Source: Bacillota bacterium (GTDB lineage Bacteria > Bacillota > Clostridia > Acetivibrionales > JANLFN01). Taken from it: a DNA stretch of 32,000 nt. The notes beneath the pieces were generated by a model. That model searched no databases, was not told the DNA's origin, and saw only the letters and a program-made list of their open reading frames with translations. How positions within the stretch are numbered: the first letter of the stretch is position 1; every line of letters starts with the position of its first letter. The stretch lies in the NCBI GenBank assembly GCA_023421675.1, contig JAEZTC010000011.1, forward strand, positions 31,526-63,525. The letters are read 5' to 3'. This document shows positions 27,579-32,000 of the stretch, in pieces. The position numbers and the translations under genes are program-made.

Positions 27579-28394
27579 TTATAAGAATTTCTTTATAGCC
27601 ACTGCAACTCCATCCTCGTCATTAGTAAGAGTGATATAGCCCGCAATCTCTTTTAGAGAGTCTTCCCCATTACCCATGGCAATACCTAAGCCAGCCATTT
27701 TTATCATTGAATAATCATTTTCATTGTCACCAATTGCAATTACTTCTTCATTAATTATTCCATATCTTTTCATGATGAAATCAAGTGCATTTGCCTTACT
27801 TACTCCCCGGTTCATTACTTCAAAATTGTCGTCAAAAGAACTCATTACCTCGATCGTTTCAACTTCTTCTGCCCTTTTTCTGGCCTTAAGAAGCTGTTGT
27901 CTGTCATCAGAAACAACCACAATTTTTGAAGCTTTCAGGTGTGAATTGCCGATAACGCTTTTTACATCATCAACAACCTGTACATCAATTCTATCCTCAG
28001 GCTCCAGATTTTTATTAAGCTGTGAATAAAATGTCGATCCATACATGAGTTTCTCTGTATACATGGTATCATTAACATATGTATGAAAATAAATATTTTC
28101 ATCATGGCAAATGTCTATTATTTTAAGACAGTCTTCAGGATTTAAGGAGTTTTCAAAAATCACCGAATCATCTGATGCATCCCTTATAGTCGCCCCATTG
28201 CATGCTATAACAAGCTCCTGTGTGCCTATTTGTCTAGCGTACAGCTTGGCTCCTTTATATATCCTTCCCGAACAAACTACAACTCTTACCCCATTCTGAA
28301 TAACACGCTTGATTTCGTTAAGATTACGCTGTGATATTTGTTTGTGCGAATCGAGTAAGGTTCCATCCAGATCCATTGCTACTAATTTGTACAT
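27579..28394 (-). CDS. Cof-type HAD-IIB family hydrolase (sugar-phosphatase-like)
   Basis: Motif I LVAMDLDGTLL, SGR, and C-terminal GDNENDYSM...GIAMGNG. Confidence 0.85.
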   Translation of the reverse strand: MYKLVAMDLDGTLLDSHKQISQRNLNEIKRVIQNGVRVVVCSGRIYKGAKLYARQIGTQELVIACNGATIRDASDDSVIFENSLNPEDCLKIIDICHDENIYFHTYVNDTMYTEKLMYGSTFYSQLNKNLEPEDRIDVQVVDDVKSVIGNSHLKASKIVVVSDDRQQLLKARKRAEEVETIEVMSSFDDNFEVMNRGVSKANALDFIMKRYGIINEEVIAIGDNENDYSMIKMAGLGIAMGNGEDSLKEIAGYITLTNDEDGVAVAIKKFL

Positions 28395-28408
28395 TTATTA
28401 ATACCCTT

Positions 28409-29578
28409 TCATTTATTATGATTGTCTAAAAATCTCCCGATACGTTTCAGAGCTTCAAAAATATTTTCCATAGAGTTGGAATATGTAGCTCTTACGAACC
28501 CCTCACCACATTCCCCAAAAGCATTTCCGGGAACAACCAGGACTCTTTCCTCCTGCAGGAGTTTTTCACAGAATTCATCAGAGTTCATTCCGGTAGACTT
28601 TATACAAGGGAATACATAAAAGGCTCCCAATGGTTCAAAACAATCCAGTCCAAGCTTTCGGAAACCATCTACCAAAACTCTTCTGCGCCTGTTATATTCT
28701 CTTGTCATGGACTTAACATCTTCATCACTGTTTTTAAGAGCTTCAATAGCTGCATACTGTGCTGTCGTAGGCGAACACATTATTGCATATTGGTGTATCT
28801 TTTTCATTACGCCTATTAAGTCACTTGGACCACATGCATAACCAAGCCTCCATCCAGTCATTGCAAATGCCTTTGAAAAACCGTTTATTACAAGTGTTTT
28901 CTCCCTCATCCCCGGGAACTCGGCAATTGATGTATGCTTACCTTCATAAGTAAGCTCGGAATAAATTTCGTCAGACAAAACAACTATATTCTTATCCCGA
29001 AGAACCTCAGCTATTTTCGCGATATCTTCCCTGGACATAATTGCTCCAGTAGGGTTATTGGGGAAAGGTATTATTACAACCTTTGTCCTGGGTGTAATTG
29101 CATTTTCAAGCTGTTCAGGCATTAATCTGAACTGGTCTTCTACTTTTAGATTTATTGTAACAGGTGTTGCACCACAAAACCCCGTACACCCCTTATACGC
29201 AACAAAACTTGGTTCAGGTATTATAACTTCATCACCCTTGCCTACGAGAGCCCTAAGCGCAGCATCAATCGCTTCGCTTCCTCCAACCGTAACAAGAATT
29301 TCGTCATCCGCATTATATTCAAGACTATATTTCTTTTTAAGATACCTTGATATTTCACTTCTAAGCTCTATAAAACCTGCATTACTGGAATAATGTGTGT
29401 GCCCCTGTTCAAGAGAATAAATGCCAGCCTCTCTGATATTCCATGGAGTAACGAAGTCAGGTTCTCCAACTCCCAAAGAAATTGCATCCTTCATCTCGTT
29501 TATTAAATCAAAATACTTCCTAATACCTGATGGGGGCACATCTTTTATATGTTGAAGTATCATGTCCCCAATTTTCAT
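28409..29578 (-). CDS. Class I/II PLP-dependent aminotransferase (AlaT/AspC-like)
   Basis: 389 aa. Motifs SLGVGEPDF, NNPTG, and SKAFAMTGWRLGY (PLP Lys). The ATG overlaps the upstream stop (ATGA at 29578-29575). Confidence 0.85.
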   Translation of the reverse strand: MKIGDMILQHIKDVPPSGIRKYFDLINEMKDAISLGVGEPDFVTPWNIREAGIYSLEQGHTHYSSNAGFIELRSEISRYLKKKYSLEYNADDEILVTVGGSEAIDAALRALVGKGDEVIIPEPSFVAYKGCTGFCGATPVTINLKVEDQFRLMPEQLENAITPRTKVVIIPFPNNPTGAIMSREDIAKIAEVLRDKNIVVLSDEIYSELTYEGKHTSIAEFPGMREKTLVINGFSKAFAMTGWRLGYACGPSDLIGVMKKIHQYAIMCSPTTAQYAAIEALKNSDEDVKSMTREYNRRRRVLVDGFRKLGLDCFEPLGAFYVFPCIKSTGMNSDEFCEKLLQEERVLVVPGNAFGECGEGFVRATYSNSMENIFEALKRIGRFLDNHNK

Positions 29579-30054
29579 AGTATTACAGCCTCCCTGTCAT
29601 CCTTTTCCTTTTCTTCAAAAGTGATTCCTTCTTCTTTATATCTCTTAAGGACAAAGTGTGTTCCTGTACTTAATACAGATTCAAGTGGTGCCAGCTTTTC
29701 TGCTACAAAGAGAGCAACCTCCTTCATGGTTTTACCCTCAACAATTACTGTAAGGTCAAATCCCCCTGACATAAGGTAACAAGCTTTAACCTCGGGAAAC
29801 CTGTAAATTCTTTCTGCAACCTTATCGAATCCTTCACCTCTTTGAGGTGTTACTTTTACTTCTATAAGAGCGGTTACAACTTCCTTGCTTGTTTTTTCCC
29901 AGTTGATCAATGTATTGTATCCTACTATAACTTTTTCTTTTTCGTAGTTTTTAATTGCTTCTTCAACCTCTTCTACGCTTTTGCCAAGCATTACAGCTAT
30001 TTGTTCATTAGTCAGCCTGTTGTTTCCAGCCAAAACTTCCAAAATTTCTTCCAT
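29575..30054 (-). CDS. Lrp/AsnC-family transcriptional regulator (AlaR-like)
   Basis: N-terminal wHTH (RLTNEQIAVMLGKSVEEVEEAIKNYEKEKVI) plus an AsnC-type ligand-binding domain. The track start GTG 30063 lies in the SD (GGAGtgattctaATG), so ATG 30054 is preferred. Confidence 0.8.
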   Translation of the reverse strand: MEEILEVLAGNNRLTNEQIAVMLGKSVEEVEEAIKNYEKEKVIVGYNTLINWEKTSKEVVTALIEVKVTPQRGEGFDKVAERIYRFPEVKACYLMSGGFDLTVIVEGKTMKEVALFVAEKLAPLESVLSTGTHFVLKRYKEEGITFEEKEKDDREAVIL

Positions 30055-30162
30055 TAGAATCACTCCATTCTTATAATTTTGTATGGTCAGAGTTTAATCT
30101 TAGTATTAACTAATTGTTTAAAAAAAGAATATAATCTTGATAAAATCAAGTGTGTTTTTTCG

Positions 30163-30435
30163 TATAAAAAAACTCCTTATGTCCTTTGAAGGGACGAAGG
30201 AGTTAATTCGCGGTACCACCCTAATTATGCCTTTTGGGCATCAGCTTAGTTCAATGCATTTACATTGTGTCCATATAACGTTGGACCACCCGTCATCCTT
30301 TAGTTTGGAAAATATATCACCAATTTCTCAAGGAGAAACTCAATAAGCTGCTTTCTGCAAGGTTCTCTGCCGTTTCACACCAGCCAGCGGCTCTCTTAAA
30401 AAGTTCCAAGCATACTCTTCTTAATCATCGTTGTT
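30163..30435 (-). promoter_or_regulatory. T-box riboswitch leader (probable Ala specifier) with terminator
   Basis: On the minus strand I find, in order: a GA/K-turn GAUGA; the specifier-loop 5' side AAGAGUA; an AG bulge AGAGAG; a distal loop CUGGCUGGUGUGAAA; the specifier-loop 3' side GAAAGCAG (30354-30347); a Stem II hairpin UUUCUC-cuu-GAGAAA; Stem III AUGCC-caaaa-GGCAU; the T-box AAUUAGGGUGGUACCGCG (30225-30208); and a terminator AACTCCTT...AAGGAGTT plus a T-run (30203-30163). Confidence 0.88.
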
Positions 30436-30458
30436 GAAATATTAATTATTATTCATTT

Positions 30459-30487
30459 TAGTATATAACATTTTTTCATTGTTTACA
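30459..30487 (-). promoter_or_regulatory. SigmaA-type promoter driving the T-box leader
   Basis: Minus strand has TTGTAA (30487-30482), a 17-nt spacer, then TATACT (30464-30459), about 25 nt upstream of the Stem I base. Confidence 0.55.
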
Positions 30488-30495
30488 ATACATCA

Positions 30496-30936
30496 TTAAT
30501 TATCATCTTCAATAAAATTATCAATTTGCTGCTCAAATTTTTTGAGTGTGTCGGTAACACTGGACTTAAGTACTCTTAGCTCTTCTTTGATATCAACAAG
30601 CTTTTCTTTTTCTTCTTCCAGTAAAGCATCAAGTCTTTTCTTTTCCTCTGAAGCCTGCTGTCTTGCCTCATCCATTATGAGTTCAGCTTTCTCCTGAGCC
30701 CGGATTAGGACATTGGCAATTTTGCTTCTGTCTTCATTGATCTCATCTGCCTTTTGAGCTATTTCATCATATTTGAATTTAGCCTCTCTGAGTTCACTCT
30801 TTAAAGAACCGATTTCTTCGTCCTTCTTTTTTAGTTTATCATCAAACTCAACCAGCATTTTTTCTATATATGAATTTACATCAGACTTTTTAAATCCTCC
30901 AAGAAACTTGGTTCTAAAACGCTTCTCACCGGCCAT
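30496..30936 (-). CDS. DivIVA-domain coiled-coil protein
   Basis: N-terminus FRTKFLGGFKKSDVNSYIEKM is a DivIVA-type motif, followed by a long E/K-rich coiled coil. SD gggagg present. Confidence 0.75.
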   Translation of the reverse strand: MAGEKRFRTKFLGGFKKSDVNSYIEKMLVEFDDKLKKKDEEIGSLKSELREAKFKYDEIAQKADEINEDRSKIANVLIRAQEKAELIMDEARQQASEEKKRLDALLEEEKEKLVDIKEELRVLKSSVTDTLKKFEQQIDNFIEDDN

Positions 30937-31065
30937 TTAAATACCTCCCGATAATTATATGAGACCTTAGGGTTTCCAATTTTTTATTTATCAGTATATA
31001 TTCAATGTTATTTTATAAAATCCTCTTTTTTCAACAAAAAATCTATTACCTGCTTATATTGCTGC

Positions 31066-31091
31066 ATTAAAAAAAGAGCATTTAAAATGCT
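31066..31091 (-). terminator. Intrinsic terminator after trxA
   Basis: Minus strand reads GGAGCATTT-t-AAATGCTCT, followed by TTTTTTTAA. Confidence 0.75.
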
Positions 31092-31107
31092 CCTTTTCTA
31101 GAGTTAA

Positions 31108-31437
31108 TCAGAGATTCTTTTCAATTACACTTGCAAGTTCGTCTTTAGGTCTTGCACCAATAATTTTATCTGCAACCTCTCCGCTTTTAAAAACCATTAA
31201 AGTTGGTATACTCATTACCCTGAATTTCTGTGCAAGTTCGCCTTCTTCATCTACATTAACCTTTGCGACTTTAATTTTTCCATCGTAATCATTCGCAAGT
31301 TCATCTACAATAGGAGCCACTGCTCTGCAAGGTCCGCACCATTGAGCCCAAAAGTCAACAAATACAGGTTTATCAGAATTAACTACTTCTTGTTCAAAGT
31401 TGCTTTTAGTTAATTTAATAATTTTTTCACTAGCCAT
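31108..31437 (-). CDS. trxA: Thioredoxin
   Basis: 109 aa. Active site WAQWCGPC and a typical Trx fold pattern (PTLMVFKSGE). Confidence 0.95.
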   Translation of the reverse strand: MASEKIIKLTKSNFEQEVVNSDKPVFVDFWAQWCGPCRAVAPIVDELANDYDGKIKVAKVNVDEEGELAQKFRVMSIPTLMVFKSGEVADKIIGARPKDELASVIEKNL

Positions 31438-31544
31438 AATTTACCTCCCGGTTATGCTATAAAATAATAACTTAGGTATAAATAAAAATATATCCTTCAT
31501 TATTATATTTATACCACCCTGAATCCGCTAAAAACATTTTTAAA

Positions 31545-32000
31545 TTAATTTTTTATTGAATCAGTATCAAAAGCTTCAAGTTTAAGTTTATCTCCATCCA
31601 ATGAGACTATATAATCATTCAGAACTGTAATAAGCTTTCCTTTATACTTGATATCCTTGCTGTTTGTAATTGCATACATTGTGTTTGAAGCTTCATCGAC
31701 CTCATAAACAGCCCCGTTACCGGTAACAAAGATGTCCTCTGGCTTTACAGGCTTTTTTAATGATATTGAATCCCAATTCTTAAATTCGGTGCCAATTCCT
31801 CCATAATAAACTTTTTCAACCAAACCGTTATTGCTCAGCTTACCTACATAAACCTTGTCTTCCAAGTCAATTGACAATAGTGCAGCCTTATTTTTAAGAG
31901 AAAGTTGTTTTGTTTTTCCTGTCCCACCCTCTCTGATAAACACTTTGCCCTTACTGTCCTGATAAACTATTTTTTCAACATAGTTAGCTTGTTTAATTAC
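31545..32000 (-). CDS. 3' part of an unidentified gene (open to the window edge)
   Basis: The track starts at a GTG (31943), but the same frame remains open upstream to position 32000 (...VIKQANYVEKIVYQDSKGKV-FIREGG...), so the gene is probably 5'-truncated by the window. No family recognised. Confidence 0.5.
   Translation of the reverse strand, partial: VIKQANYVEKIVYQDSKGKVFIREGGTGKTKQLSLKNKAALLSIDLEDKVYVGKLSNNGLVEKVYYGGIGTEFKNWDSISLKKPVKPEDIFVTGNGAVYEVDEASNTMYAITNSKDIKYKGKLITVLNDYIVSLDGDKLKLEAFDTDSIKN

Noticed and set aside
30278-30293. Second GGGTGGT copy (minus strand GACGGGUGGUCCAACG) resembling the T-box core
   Set aside because: No antiterminator or terminator follows it. It sits where the Stem IIA/B pseudoknot and F-box (CAACGUUA) are expected in a single T-box, so it is not evidence for a tandem T-box.
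30137-30346. 69-aa plus-strand ORF
   Set aside because: It lies antisense to the T-box leader. The conserved T-box elements on the minus strand explain the sequence.
1-32000. Mobile elements, defence systems, toxin-antitoxin pairs, CRISPR arrays, prophage remnants
   Set aside because: I recognised no transposase, integrase, recombinase, Cas, restriction-modification or small TA-like ORF pairs. I saw no long terminal inverted or direct repeats. The gene content is housekeeping with ordinary intergenic terminators.

Overview
This is a low-GC chromosomal region that looks Clostridia-like (inference from composition, T-box use and gene content). It holds about 30 genes, nearly all on the minus strand. 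I saw no rRNA, tRNA, CRISPR array, transposase or integrase.

Contents in coordinate order:
1. Purine block: an AzgA/NCS2-type purine permease, then purE-purF-purM-purN-purH-purD. A sigmaA-type promoter and an inverted pair of PurBox-like sites lie upstream of the permease. An AEC-family transporter and guaA follow.
2. A membrane-anchored trypsin-like protease next to a zinc-ribbon / Pro-rich / TM / coiled-coil protein.
3. A tightly packed five-gene cluster, larE - Rossmann/DUF2520-like - larB - larC - TIGR01212-type radical SAM. These are nickel-pincer nucleotide cofactor genes, and no larA is present in the window.
4. A 672-aa secreted protein, and prfB with the classical +1 frameshift site CTT TGA C.
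5. An orphan ANTAR regulator divergent from amtB-glnK. The amtB leader carries a good promoter and a hexaloop hairpin that overlaps an intrinsic terminator.
6. Two tandem paralogous lipoproteins, a Cof-type HAD hydrolase, and an Lrp/AsnC regulator plus class I aminotransferase (alaR/alaT-like). This pair is preceded by a complete T-box leader that I read as probably alanine-specific.
7. A DivIVA-domain protein, thioredoxin, and a 5'-truncated ORF.

Most worth following up: the LarA-less lar cluster with two embedded enzymes of unknown role, the ANTAR/amtB antitermination candidate, the T-box on an alaRT-like operon, and the long permease leader that lacks a recognisable purine riboswitch.

All protein calls come from recognising motifs in the supplied translations. 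No database search was run.
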